Origin: Octopus sinensis
Lineage: Eukaryota
Assembly (NCBI RefSeq): GCF_006345805.1
Contig: NC_043009.1
Span: 70,928,001 to 70,992,000 of the forward strand
Direction: 5' to 3'
Length of the DNA stretch: 64,000 nt
The number at the start of each line of letters is the position of its first letter. Positions within the stretch are counted from its first letter, which is position 1. The notes beneath the pieces were generated by a model that ran no database searches, was not told where the DNA came from, and saw only the letters and a program-made list of their open reading frames with translations. Made by a program: the position numbers and the translations under genes. Below are positions 12,503-25,007 of this stretch, in pieces.

Positions 12503-13142
12503 AATACTTAAATATTTTACATTATATTGCATTAGATTGCCTTACACGATATTGCATTGTATCATAATAGATTATATTTTATTGTATTATATTATTTATA
12601 TTATATTATAGTTTATATTGTATTGCATATCACAAACACGTTCTTGTTTAACAAACAAGTAACTTTAAATGTAGTGGTATGTTGAAACCAAAGCTATTAG
12701 AGAATAGGAGAGTCATCTTTGCCATTGAAGAACTCACAGAATCGGTTATATAATGTTATTGTTTTATTTATCCAAACTACCGTCTATTAAGAAGTAAATA
12801 AAATGTGAACGAATCTCTTTTGTGTTATCAGCACGATCGCCTGTATCAAAGGATAACCGTGACACATTCACTCCACATTTTGGTATAAGAAACCCAGAAA
12901 TATGCAAATATGGCTCCGTTTGAGGAAGTTGTCTTTGTCACAGTCAAATGGGTTTAAACATTCCCTTCTGTTTCCCCTTATAGTCTATTTAACTTTTGCT
13001 GTTATCTGTAATGTTGAATTTTAGTTGCCATTCGCTTTTTAATAATGATTTGACAGTTAATGATTTATGTGATAGCATATTTCACAACTAATATTTTGCG
13101 TATAAAACTTGGAAACTTCATGACTCAGCTCATTCCATCGAT

Positions 13143-14552
13143 CGCATACGGGCGTCAATTTGGCGTCCATCGTTATTCAATTCTATAAAAGAGTCAAGAA
13201 ATTGCAGCATACCTGCGGACTGGAGAACAGCGATAATCTGCCCAATTTTCAAGAAAGGGAGCTGCGAAGACCCGCTTAACTACCGACCGGTTTCCCTTAC
13301 ATCAATAATCAGTAAAATGTTCGAAACCATCCTTAAGAAAAGTTTGATGCTCCACCTCCAAAACACAGCCTCTATCTCTGCTTTCCAACACGGCTTCGTG
13401 CCGAAGAGATCATGCTTGACCAACTTACTGGTAATGGAAGAATTGGTGACGCGCATCCTCGATGATAGTGATGCTGTTGACATCGTTTTATTGGACTTTG
13501 CCAAAGCTTTTGACTCGGTAAAACACCGCCTATTACTTGTCAAGCTTCAAGCATATAGTTTCCATCCGGATATTGTACGAGGGGTTGGTGCCTTCCTCTC
13601 AGATCGCTCCTTCCAAGTCCAAGTTAATGGTTCGCGGTCCGACGTCTCCAGTGCGAGCAGTGGCGTGCCACAAGGTTCAGTGCTTGGGCCCTTATTGTTC
13701 TTAGTCTTCATAAATGACTTGCCCGACGACCTCACGCAACGCGCCCTTCTATTTGCCGACGATATCAAACTGGTCGCTCCTCGCGGTGATATAGAGGATC
13801 TTTGTCGATGCCTCCACCAAATTTGGAAGTGGTCTAACGAATGGGACCTGTGTCTGAACGTGTCAAAGTGCTGTCATCTGCCTGTTGGCTCTCCTCCTGC
13901 AACTCAACTTGATTTCGAGCCGGGCCGTCTGCTGCTGGAGAGGACCGATCAGGTAAAGGACCTGGGTATCTTGGTGGATTCCTCCTTTTCACCTTCGGCC
14001 CAGTGCGTCCATGCTGCCAACAAAGCACGCGGAATTCTGTTCTTGATTCGACGGTCATTCGGAATGCTCACAGCAGCCATATTCCTACCACTCTATGTCA
14101 CGCTGATGAGACCCATATTGGAGTACGGGATTCAAGCCTCTTCTCCTTATCTCCTCAAAGACATACAGCATCTCGAAAGAGTCCAGAAGCTGGCTACCCG
14201 CATGGTTCATGGTCTCAAAAATTTGTCCTATGAAGAAAGGCTGAGGACGCTCGACCTTTATTCTCTTGAAAAACGCCGCCGCCGTGGTGATCTCATTCTC
14301 GCCCACAACATCATAAGCGGAAAGTGTAACCTCTCGAAAGAGCTGTTCTTCACTCCTGCTCCAGAGCGTCGGCTGCGGGGTCATTCCGAAAAGCTCTACC
14401 TGCGACGATTTCATCTCAATCGAAGGAGAGGAGCTTTCTCCGTCCGGGTTGCGGATCCGTGGAACAAGCTGCCAGACGAGATGGTGAAGATGCCGACGAC
14501 CGCTTTGTTCAAAGCCTCCTTTGACCTCAAGTGGCCTGAACTCTTTACATGA
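13143..14552 (+). CDS. CR1-type reverse transcriptase (truncated)
   Basis: IPADWRTAIICPIFKKG..DPLNYRPVSLTS upstream of the listed Met; then QHGF, LDFAKAFDSV, GVPQGSVLGPLLF, LFADD, RPILEY, RRRRGDLI, RGHSEKL and FSVRVADPWNKLP. Confidence 0.92.
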   Translation, partial: RIRASIWRPSLFNSIKESRNCSIPADWRTAIICPIFKKGSCEDPLNYRPVSLTSIISKMFETILKKSLMLHLQNTASISAFQHGFVPKRSCLTNLLVMEELVTRILDDSDAVDIVLLDFAKAFDSVKHRLLLVKLQAYSFHPDIVRGVGAFLSDRSFQVQVNGSRSDVSSASSGVPQGSVLGPLLFLVFINDLPDDLTQRALLFADDIKLVAPRGDIEDLCRCLHQIWKWSNEWDLCLNVSKCCHLPVGSPPATQLDFEPGRLLLERTDQVKDLGILVDSSFSPSAQCVHAANKARGILFLIRRSFGMLTAAIFLPLYVTLMRPILEYGIQASSPYLLKDIQHLERVQKLATRMVHGLKNLSYEERLRTLDLYSLEKRRRRGDLILAHNIISGKCNLSKELFFTPAPERRLRGHSEKLYLRRFHLNRRRGAFSVRVADPWNKLPDEMVKMPTTALFKASFDLKWPELFT

Positions 14553-14643
14553 ACACGACCCTGTACTTAACTCCATGTCCCCCTACATGGCCTTGCTATT
14601 TGCTTTTGAGCCAAATTAACTAACTAACTAACTAACTAACTAA
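13143..14643 (+). mobile_element. 5'-truncated CR1-clade LINE, young
   Basis: Open RT frame, short 3' UTR, then a (TAAC)n tail at 14617-14643; short tandem-repeat tails are typical of CR1. Confidence 0.9.
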
Positions 14644-15059
14644 TTTACAATACAGAATTCAAGACAAATATCAAATAGTAAAAAATTAGTTGATAACATA
14701 AACCCTCAATGCACAATATTTCGCAAAAGAAAACTACAATAAGTTTGGAAGCTAAATTCGGAGCGAAGAAAACAATCAACACAAAGATGGTAACCAAAGT
14801 TAAAATAATGAGAAGATAATCATTCAAAGAAAATGTAAATGCAAAAATGGGGAATGTCTCAGTTACCATTTCAATGATTTCTTTTTTTTTTTTTTTTGCT
14901 ACATGGTACAAAATGTGACAACACAGACCAAGTTTTTGATAGCTTCCAGATGAAAGACAAGGAAAAGAATTAGAGAGACGTTAATGATCCAAGTTAATGA
15001 TAAAGAGTTAATAAATTAACAGCGGAATATCAAAGAATACGAAGTGTAGCCAGGAACCA

Positions 15060-15560
15060 TCCGGCACATGGCATGCGCTGGTCCTCAGCCAAAAAGCGTT
15101 TTTCCAAGGAAGACAGTCTTGTTGCTGTTTGCTTTTCTGTTGCAGTGACTTACGCAGAAAATTATGTTGATAATGCCACGAGACAAGCGAAGACTGTATT
15201 AGGATTCTAGAAGAATCTCTTCTGTAATGTTCTTAAAAGAGTTTGAAAGGATTTGTGCAAGTATTATTTTTTTAGCTGGAGAAAAATGTACTCTCCGATA
15301 ATGCCTAACTTTTCGATTCCCTTCTTTGATGATGGTGAAAATAACCGCATATTTATATTCGTTTGAGACTTGACGATCGTACAACACTTGCAGGAAGTCA
15401 GTATACGTTGTGATTTTGAGAGGTAGTGTCTCGTTTTTCAGAAAATCAACAGGGATGTTGCCAGAAGCTCGAGAATTTTGTTGCTTCAAATTGCTCGAGG
15501 CAGTTTTGAGCGATCGAATGATGGTTCTACATTCAGCCATCGTTGTTTAGAATTATGTGA
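15060..15560 (-). mobile_element. decayed RTE-like LINE RT fragment
   Basis: RASGNIPVDFLK, IFTIIKEGNRKVRHYRRVHF..KKIILAQILSN and ILLES*YSLRLSRG align with the RTE KAPG.DGIPAE / GNYRGISL / QCGFR motifs. Confidence 0.6.
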
Positions 15561-15934
15561 GACATTGCTCGGGCTATGTCCGACTGTTTGTTAACTCCTA
15601 ATACAAGAGTGAAGAAAAGTTGTTTCCTGTAGTATACGAAGACAACTTCTGCACGGCTAGATTGCCAGCCCTTGTGGTAGTTGCCATGGTATTGGTGGTG
15701 GTGGCGGTGGCGTTGGTGGTGGTGGTGATGGTGGTGGTGGTGGTGGTGGTGGTATTGGTGGTGGAAACTGTACTAAGGGCGGTAACGGTGGCTCATTGAC
15801 TCCTCGAAGAATGATGCCCTCGACAATCTGGTTCTAGAAGCAATGATAAATTTGGTGGCAAGGTCGAATATGAAAACTCTGAACGAAAGCAACCAATGCC
15901 TTTTCAGAACACAATTGCCGAATAAGCAGTTTCA

Positions 15935-16337
15935 TACACATACACATACATACATATATGTACACACACATACATACATACACATACATACATATATGTA
16001 CACACACATACATACACATACATACATATATGTACACACACATACATACCCTTTTGTACATACAAACATACAAAAGTCAAGCATATGTGTACACTCATTT
16101 ATTGATATTTATTTATATACACATGTATATGTATAAGTTTATATATATATGTGTGTGTGTGTGTGTGTATCTATCTGTGTGTGTTTGCGTGAGCGTGTGT
16201 GTGTGAGTGTGTTTGTGTGAGTATGCATATTTATAGATAGGTAGATATGTATATGTGCATACATATACATACATACACACGCACACACACGTGTAGATAC
16301 ACACACACACACACACAACACACACACACACACACAC

Positions 16338-16370
<33 letters not shown>

Positions 16371-16375
16371 TGTAT
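15935..16375. repeat. mixed (CA)n/(TACA)n/(TG)n/(TATG)n microsatellite tract
   Basis: Direct reading. Confidence 0.95.
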
Positions 16376-17976
16376 TTGTCTATATGATACATACATTTGC
16401 CCGTATGAAATCATATTCGAAAATTGTATTAATATTTTCTTACCGACTTCCCAGAGGTGAGTAAATTTTCGCTGCAGGCGATAAATTTCCAAACCTGTCA
16501 CATTTAAATGTACACTTAATTGAAAATTCTAACAGATTTTAGACACTGTGTCGACAATAGAATAAAAATCCATTTGTTTAATTTCAATAGACGCTGTTCA
16601 ATAATGTTATTCAGTTACCGACGTGTTTTATTTATATGAAATGCTAAACCTGCTGCTATATCCTGAATCTGCCACTTATGTCAAGTTTACAGTGAGAGAA
16701 GGAATCAATGAGTGTATGAAGGTTGTGTGGTGTATGTGGTCTGTGTACGTGCATCGTTGTCTGTGGTTGTATGTGTGTGTATGTATGACTGCATGTGAAT
16801 GTACGATGTATGTGTGCGTTTGTGTGTATATATATATATATGGGGGGGGGTAAAATGCTATGGTTTGTAGGTCTATCTTCGAGTACAAGTTAACTATTTC
16901 AAGCCTAGAAAAATGCGAAAAACGGCGCGCAATAAAGTATCAAGAGATTTTAGCCGCACCACAAGTGCTTCAATAGATTTAGGCCTGATTAAGTGAGGGC
17001 AAATCAAATAAATGTACGTACTTTAGATTCACTTACTAGCCATATCCTAATAGATCTGATATATAATTTATTTTACAACATTATATAATAACGATAAAAA
17101 GACAAAGAGTTAAGAAATGCAAAGTAAATCTATCGATCTAGATTATTGAATTTGTCAGAAAATTCCTGAAAAACTAGTGAAGTAAATACATCTCTAAGCG
17201 ATTCCGACTGGTCTCTCCGTCACCTTCTTACACAATATCTTGTCCAAACTACATATTGATTAGAATTAAGTGATTTACTTATTTATAAAATGATACTTTC
17301 TGATATGGTCAGATGTAAGCTAAACTTGTCCAAATCAAATCAATAGAAGATATTGGACTTTCAGATCATAAATTCGCCGGTTCTTATACACAGTCAGTTA
17401 ATTTCCCCGATAATTAGTTCTCCGATGAACATGTGTAGATGGCCGTAAATATAGATACATACACAGCGTAATACAGCAAACCCACTGTAATGTTAAAGGT
17501 GTCCTTTAGCATGTATTCGAGTGTTTATCGATATCCCTCGTTCGAATAAACTTTGTCAGCTGACTATGTCCTAGATCAACGTAATTATGCTTACTCATTC
17601 ATATATATCCATTTATCCATTATGTTCTTGCTTAATTACTGTTTCTGGTTTACAAATAGATATACGAAGTCATGTCCATACGAATTTAATATCACTGTTA
17701 ATCTCCAAAACAGATTTCTAAATAGTTTTATAAAATCTCATCTCTCTCCCCTAAGGTAATGAGTTAAAATATTAAACAAAATTGTACAGGGTATATTTCT
17801 TTCATACAAGGGTATAAATTAACCACCTGATTATATATCCTAGAGAACCAACAGATATAGAAGATGGATTATTCTCGCATTCAGCACAACGAGAGTATAT
17901 TGCTATCAGCGTCCCACGTAAATTTAAGTATGTACAAAAAGTAGAATATCTGTAAACATGAGAATTTACAAATTAC

Positions 17977-18178
17977 CTTTCCGTCCACCTCTTGCACCTA
18001 CTGGAGTTGAGGTGTCTCTTTTCAAAGCCATCTCAGGCTGACGTTTCAGACATATTACAAAATACTGATCCTTTCCTTCGCTATTTATAATTTTAAATTC
18101 TGCTTCTACTCGCCCACTCAGCATTTCCATCTAATTACATTGAGGACCACTTTAAAGCTCTTTTGACAATCTTACTTC
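17977..18178 (-). other. candidate host exon (5' UTR plus 51 codons)
   Basis: Acceptor TTTGTTTTATTCTAG|G at 18179/18178 and donor AAAG|GTAATT at 17977/17976. ATG at 18130 reads MEMLSGRVEAEFKIINSEGKDQYFVICLKRQPEMALKRDTSTPVGARGGRK. No recognisable homology. Confidence 0.25.
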
Positions 18179-18289
18179 CTAGAATAAAACAAAGTATCGG
18201 CATGACTGGAAGGCCTTCCATCATAGACATGTTGCACCGGCTTACTCAGGGTTTGACATGAGACTAAACAGCAACAATAATGAAAGCTC

Positions 18290-18450
18290 ATTGCATTATT
18301 CGATTGGAGTCGCTTAGGAACGATTAAACAACAGCTGCAAAACAGCGAAGACACACGTGTACCCGATCGAACTGGACACGGAGCGAAACAACAACGACAA
18401 AATCAATTCGATCAGAGCCAATCGGAAGCTGTTTTATTCGACACACGGTC
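18290..18450 (-). promoter_or_regulatory. candidate promoter (CpG-rich patch with CCAAT and ETS-like motif)
   Basis: AGCCAATCGGAAG at 18416-18428 (CCAAT box abutting CGGAAG) in non-repetitive, CpG-rich sequence upstream of the candidate exon. Confidence 0.3.
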
Positions 18451-19329
18451 AAGAATACTATGACTTAAGAACAATCAATCATATCGAACTCAGTTTCTTA
18501 CTATTATTTCTTTTAACGGCCCTGGAATGCTAGACGGCTAGATGAAGTTCTGCAAGGTTTGAACTCTGAACGTAAAAGATATAGCTATGACTCTAATGAC
18601 TCTGCCAATTCACTACTCACGTGACTAATTATAACAGCAACTCAAAAACAGAGAAGTTTTCAATTCTCTTCGGACCGATTTACAGAAACTCTCCCCACCA
18701 CATGCAGATATTCTGCTGCTATTTACAAACACAATGCCAGACACATCTCCAACTGAATGAACCCTCACAATGACATCAGCATTATTTCATATTATTCAAA
18801 AACTTGGTGCGACACAAATTTGTAAATATATATATGTTGACCATTCTACACCAGTGACTAGATATATTTTATCTCACCACCAGCTCTTTATAAATAGACT
18901 CCTTTCCTTATTGAATATTCTTCACAATTCTGGAATATCTAGGCAATGTCTGGAGATAATGTAAGACGAACGAATGCCAGCGTAAAGATTAACATACATA
19001 TTTTTTGGAAATTGTTGGCGTTCGTTCTTCCTCGTCTTCGAGAAATTCTTTTCTTTTCACAACTCTCATTTGTTGTAGTGGTATGTCTGATGACAAATAA
19101 ACATCACTCTGCATGTTGTTTGCATGCAAATTCACGCTAGGCAGGCGGAAGTGAATCTTCATTCTTTGTTATCTTCGGTCATGCAAAATTCATGTTGAAA
19201 TAGTTCTGTAGAGAGGTATCGCCACCATAGTTTTTAATCTGCTGCATGAATTTCTTGGGTTTTCAGTTTAATTTTGACCATATTCTTTCTCGTTTTCAGT
19301 TGATCAGAGGTGACTAGGCGGCCTTTAGC

Positions 19330-19990
19330 TGTTGCAGTGTTTTTCAGGTATCCAGTGGGATGGCTTTTTCTTTTTGATAAGAATTTTCTGAGAGGGCTGA
19401 ATTAATCATTGCAACTCATGATCTGGCCCTCTGGACAAATAATACAAAATGTAGGGCAGGAATCAATGTGTTGCGATCGTACAGGTTGTGCGATGAACGA
19501 GAAGAAACAGTGACCCACATAGTAAATGAATGTTCTAAAGTCACACAAAAGCAGTATAAATCTTGGAGATATGATAATGTTGCAATGATGGTCCACTGGA
19601 AAAATGTGTAAGAAGTATGGACTTCGTTCGGAACACGAGTGGTATGAAGATGCACCCGAAAAAAGTGAGTGAGAATGATGAAGTTAAACCTCTTTCGGAA
19701 TTTTTATCCAAACGGATCAGTCCTAGCTAGAGCATAATTGACCAGATATTTTGGTGTTTGAGAAGAGCGAACGGACTGATACGTTCAGTCCATTTGATAC
19801 AAGAGGAAAAGAAAAAGAAATCAACAAGATCGATATATACCAGGAGATGAAGAGAGAAATAAGGAGATTGGGGAGATGCCGTCGTACCGATTGTTATGGA
19901 AGCCTTGAGAGCGACGTGGAAGAGGCTCAGGGAAACGACAGAAAAATAATGGCTTACAGAAGCAAATTGAATGCTTGTGGCTAGTTTTCT
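19330..19990 (+). mobile_element. LINE remnant with CCHC knuckle and restriction-like endonuclease (R4/Dong/NeSL-like)
   Basis: RLCDEREETVTHIVNECSK, YDNVAMMVHW, ENDEVKPL, PDILVFEK...PFDTRGKEKEINKIDIYQEMKREI. Confidence 0.8.
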
Positions 19991-20479
19991 GATTCTCACT
20001 GAAAACCATTCTCCAACTGCTCAACTGTGAAATATATCTCTCCATAAGCGTTGCATATGTTACAATTGGCTTTTCGAAGATCTTTGTATGTATATATGAC
20101 TTTATAGACAACTCATAGAATGAAGGATTTTGGATGTGTGACGCACACAGTAAACCCATTTCCATTAGAATTACCAAAGTTTATAAGAGGTTGCGCTTCA
20201 GTAAGTCTGGTTTAATTACTTATCATTTTTACGGTTCCATCGTTTGTTGTTTCATATTTACCTAGAAACTTATCGAGGTGGATGGAAATAATTTGTAAAT
20301 ACAAAAAGAAACACACACACACACATACATATATACACACACACACATATATATATATATATAAATTCATACGTATATACATATACATATAGAAATCATA
20401 TAGGGGAATATACTTATACACAAATTATTATGTAAGCGTATACCATGATATATCACATGACTTATATGTATATATGTAT

Positions 20480-20562
<83 letters not shown>

Positions 20563-20574
20563 TGTGTGTGTGTG

Positions 20575-20765
20575 TGTATTCACCACGTTGGACCGCTGAA
20601 TACCGTGTTTTTTTTTTTAATTACCTCTGTCTATTTCCTCTTATTACTCTGTGAAGAGCGTAAGCTCGAATCGTAAAAGACTTTTTCATTTTTCTCGACC
20701 GTCAAACTAAAACACTTTGTTGTTCATACACCTGTCTTCGACTTTTGTTTTTCTATAAATTTCAA
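20575..20765 (+). mobile_element. short repeat family D with decayed hammerhead-like motif
   Basis: Homologous to 29570-29720 (GAAGAGCGTAAGCTCGAA.CGT.AAAGACTTTTTCATTT...CACCTGTCTTCG). Confidence 0.7.
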
Positions 20766-21167
20766 ATGTTTGTTTTACATTTAAATGAAAAGGAAAAGAA
20801 GGCGTGAAATAATCTAAGAGGAAGAAAATAAAGGAGAATCGAAAATGTCTTCGAGATTATACACCTGCTAAAATGGTGTTCTTCGAAATTAATGTGGATT
20901 GTTACCAGAAAATAGAAAAAATTAACAATTTCTCCTTGGAAAATTTTGAATTATTATAAGGTATAATATTGGTATGTAAGAAAAGATAATTGAAAAGTGA
21001 GTTATTTTTGTTTGGTAATTGTTGGATATCTCAAATATTATAAACGTTTTCGGAAACTATAATGAAAAATTACGTTAAATCTTCCCAAAATACATTCCAG
21101 AATACGTCTGTGTATGTGTGTGTGCGTGTATTATGAACGTGTGTGTATGTTTAGGTTACGTATGACT

Positions 21168-21168
21168 G

Positions 21169-21227
<59 letters not shown>

Positions 21228-21228
21228 T

Positions 21229-21294
<66 letters not shown>

Positions 21295-21326
21295 AATACA
21301 TTCATACATATATATATATATTCGTA

Positions 21327-21372
<46 letters not shown>

Positions 21373-21440
21373 ATGTATATGTACATAATTATATATCTAT
21401 ATCTATCTATATATATATATATATATACATGTATATATAA
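21168..21440. repeat. interrupted (TA)n tract
   Basis: Direct reading. Confidence 0.95.
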
Positions 21441-22113
21441 TATATATACTCACACGCACACGCACACACACACATATATATGTATATAAATTTCCATCTC
21501 CGCCTCTTTCTCCACTTTCTTACTACATATACACACGCGCGCGCTCATAATTTTGTGTGTATGTATATGTGTGTGTGTGTGTGAATGCGTGTATGTGTGT
21601 GTGTGTGTGTGAATGCGTGTGTGTGTGTTTGTGTTTGTATATTTGAATATGTTAAATTTAGAGAGCAGCGAGGGAAAAAATTAACTGCAAAAGGAATCCG
21701 ATATCAAAATTTTCTAAAAAAAAGAGAAAAAAAATTGGAAATATTTAATGATCGTGTCCGTCCGTCTGAATGTGATTATTTGTGCGGAGATGTATTTGCC
21801 AACTGAAATGAAAAGAAATGAGCAAATAATAGCTTAAAGGAGAAAATTGTAATATAATAACTGAGTTAAAGTTTATTGTAATATATAAAATTTGTGAAGA
21901 TATTACTATATTAAATAATGTTATAGTTTGAACTATGAAATACTTTTAAATTCATGCTTTTCTTATGTAGATGCACGTAGGCTTGTGTTTGCGCATGAGT
22001 ATAGAAGTATGTTTATATATATGTGTGTGTGTGTGTGTGTGTATGTGTGCGTGAACGCGCGTGTATACATATGAATAGGTGTTTCTACAAACACACATGT
22101 ACATATATATATA

Positions 22114-22154
<41 letters not shown>

Positions 22155-22479
22155 CATGGGCATTTATTTTCCGTAACACGTAATGGAAAAGCTGTCCTTT
22201 TACGAGGATTGGCAATGATGCCTTCCGTCTTATTTAAGTCACACACTAATGTTACGCTTTCCATTGACCGCTAATACTACAAAGACCTGATCAGCTCTTC
22301 AGAAAAGGCCGGTTTAAATTGAAAAGGCATCGAAATCGTCACTGTCTAATATGGCGGCCAAAAGGCAGCCATCATAACAGATTCAGAAGGTTTCTGATCC
22401 ACCAGTATTTAAAGCAGGTGTAAGACAAGAACATGTGTTATCACCATAGCTATTTAACATTTATACTGGAGTATAATTT

Positions 22480-23240
22480 TCAGAGCGTCAAAGGGAATCA
22501 AAGAATTCACAATCAATGATATGAATATGATAAGATATGCAGATGGTACAGCATTATTGGCAAGCAGTAATGAGAAATTACACGAAATTGTTGATTCTGT
22601 GCAAAAAAAAAAAGTCAGAATATTAACAAGAAAAAGACAATGCTTATTAGTAAAACAAAACAAAAGGAACAAAAATACCTGTTGACGGATAAAAGCGTGA
22701 GCAAGTAAAAAAAGAAAAAAACCTTCAAGTATTCAGGGCAACGAATAAATCGCTATGAAGGTGCCAGTGTAAAGTCACGTGAAGAAGCCACTCAAGGAAT
22801 AAATGAGATTAAAACAACATTTATAAGAATGAAAATCTCTTCATTTCAAAAGACACGCTGCGCGTCTAAAATGGAGTTTTCTGTTATATTATACCAATTG
22901 TTCTTTACGAGACAGAAATATGTATCCAGTAACAGGGGTTAAGATAGAAGCCTTTGATATGCGATTCTTGCGCAGATTGGGTTGGGAAACAGAGTAGCAA
23001 ATTCTGCAATACAAGAAGGAGATCTCTGAAAGTCCAACAACACTTATTGCCGAGAAACAAGACGATAAAGAAATGACATTTTGAACGCACAGTACGTCAC
23101 AAGTCAATGCCCCCGTGACCATCCTGTCGGGAAGTCTTGAAGGGAAGAAAGAAAGAGATTGCCAAGGACGTTCGTTGAACAATGATGACATCAAAGAATG
23201 GACTGGGAAGGAGTACCTGGTGGATTATTCGCATGCAGTA
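22480..23240 (+). mobile_element. decayed RTE-like LINE RT 3' fragment
   Basis: NMIRYADGTALLASSNEKLHEIVD, NINKKKTML, PIVLY and ILSGSLEGKKERDCQGR...DDIKEWTG; followed by a (GAT)n tail. Confidence 0.75.
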
Positions 23241-23274
23241 CATGACATATATGATGATGATGATTATGACGATG

Positions 23275-23392
23275 AAATATATGTATATATATGTGTGTGT
23301 GCGTGCGTGTATGTGTATATATGCATATTTCTATACGTATGTATACGTATGTATGTATATACGTATGCATGAATGTATGTTTGTATGCATGC

Positions 23393-23425
<33 letters not shown>

Positions 23426-23535
23426 TGTATGTTAACATGCATGTATGTATGTATGTATGCATGCATGTATGTATGTATGTATGTATGTATGTATGTATGT
23501 ATGTATGTATGTATGTATGCATGCATGTACTTATG
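23275..23535. repeat. (TATG)n/(TG)n microsatellite
   Basis: Direct reading. Confidence 0.95.
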
Positions 23536-24009
23536 TATGTAACAGCTAATGTTTGAGATTTGATGCTTGTATTTGTGAGTTGTACCAGTATGCGGGTGTG
23601 GACGTAACAGAAAAACTGCGATGGTGTTTGGCCCCTGTTTCTTGTCTGTTAATCCCTAGATAGCGTTTATGTTTTTACCGTTTTTGACATTCGCAGAGAG
23701 TTCAGTGACACTGTACAGATGTGGAAACCATAAGGACATGCATAAAGCAGGCGGAGACTGGATGTAAAAATGTGATGGCCAGTTGGTTGTGAGCATTTTG
23801 TATCGTCTGTTCCCGCGTTTCAAAGTTGCGTTTCATGGTTATTCTAGATCTTGTGTAATTCAATTTTTCATTTCTCGATGGAGTTGATGTATTTAACAAG
23901 CAGTAAATCGATGTGTTGCGTGATTGCCCCTCTGTGGGATTATAACTCTTGTGAAGCTAATAAGGGTTAAGAAGATTATAGTTTATAGAGGTTATATTCT
24001 TTTATCCAT

Positions 24010-24238
24010 TTATTTATTTGTTCCAGTCATTTGACTGTGGCCATGCTGGAGCACTACCTTTAGTCGACCAAATCAATCCAAGGACTTATTCTCTGTAAGC
24101 CTAGTACTTATGCTATTGGTCTCTTTTGCCGAATCGCTAATTTACGGGGACGTAAACACACCAACATCTGGGGGAACAAACACAGACACACAAACACACT
24201 CACACATACATACATACATACATACATACATACATACA

Positions 24239-24274
<36 letters not shown>

Positions 24275-24465
24275 TATATATACATACATACATACATATA
24301 TATATATACGACGGGCTTCTGTCAGTTTCCATCTACCAATTCCACTCACAAAGCTTTGGTCGGTCCGAGGTTATAGAAGACATATGCTCAAGGTGCCACG
24401 CAGTGGGACTGAACTGAATCATGTGGTTGGTAAGCAAGCTATTTACCACACAGCCACTCCTGCGC
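24010..24465 (+). mobile_element. SINE family B, full length, internal (CATA)n
   Basis: TTCCAGTCATTTGACTGTGGCCATGCTGGAGCAC...CAAGGTGCCACGCAGTGGGACTG...TTACCACACAGCCACTCCTGCG; colinear with 36435-36880. Confidence 0.9.
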
Positions 24466-24489
24466 TCATGAATATATATATATATACAT

Positions 24490-24650
24490 ACCGGCACTCT
24501 GCTGGTTACGACGATAAGTGTACCAGATGATGCAATCAGAGGAACAGTCTGTTCGTGAAATTAACATGCAAATGGCCGATCACTCAACAAACACGCGTAC
24601 CCTTAACATGGTTCAGGGGAATACCTTAATCCCAAGCCTTCACATATACT
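24490..24650 (+). mobile_element. short repeat family C
   Basis: ATCAGAGGAACAGTCTGTTCGTGAAATTAAC...CCCTTAAC is similar to 58490-58620. Confidence 0.55.
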
Positions 24651-25007
24651 CACACGCATACACGTACATGGGCGCGCACGCGTGTGTGCGAGTGTGTGGG
24701 TGTAGAGTAGAAAGAAAGAATGAACAGGCAACCAAGCGGTAAATTGATGTTGTGTGATTGCTCCTCTGTGGAATTATAACTCATGTAAAGCTAATAATGG
24801 CTTAGAAGATTATAGGTTTTGAACATGGAATTTATACATGTAAACATAATTGGAGAGCTGTTGCAATAGAGATGTTAGAACATAGTAGAGTGCATCGTAG
24901 GAAGGGAGTAAGAAGGTGTTCAGAAAGTCCCTTATAGCTGTAAGAGACTTCTAACTCTCTATTCGATTTGAAAACATTCTACCGTAACGGCTCAACAAAT
25001 TTACATT

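Noticed and set aside
11449-14576. Overlapping and antisense ORFs of 69-167 aa inside the RTE and CR1 copies
   Set aside because: They are expected shadows of GC-rich RT coding sequence and have no motifs of their own.
15650-15835. Poly-Pro (-) or poly-Gly (+) exon candidate
   Set aside because: An imperfect (GGT)n repeat gives plausible peptides in several frames, all short. Joining it to the 17977 donor gives an early stop.
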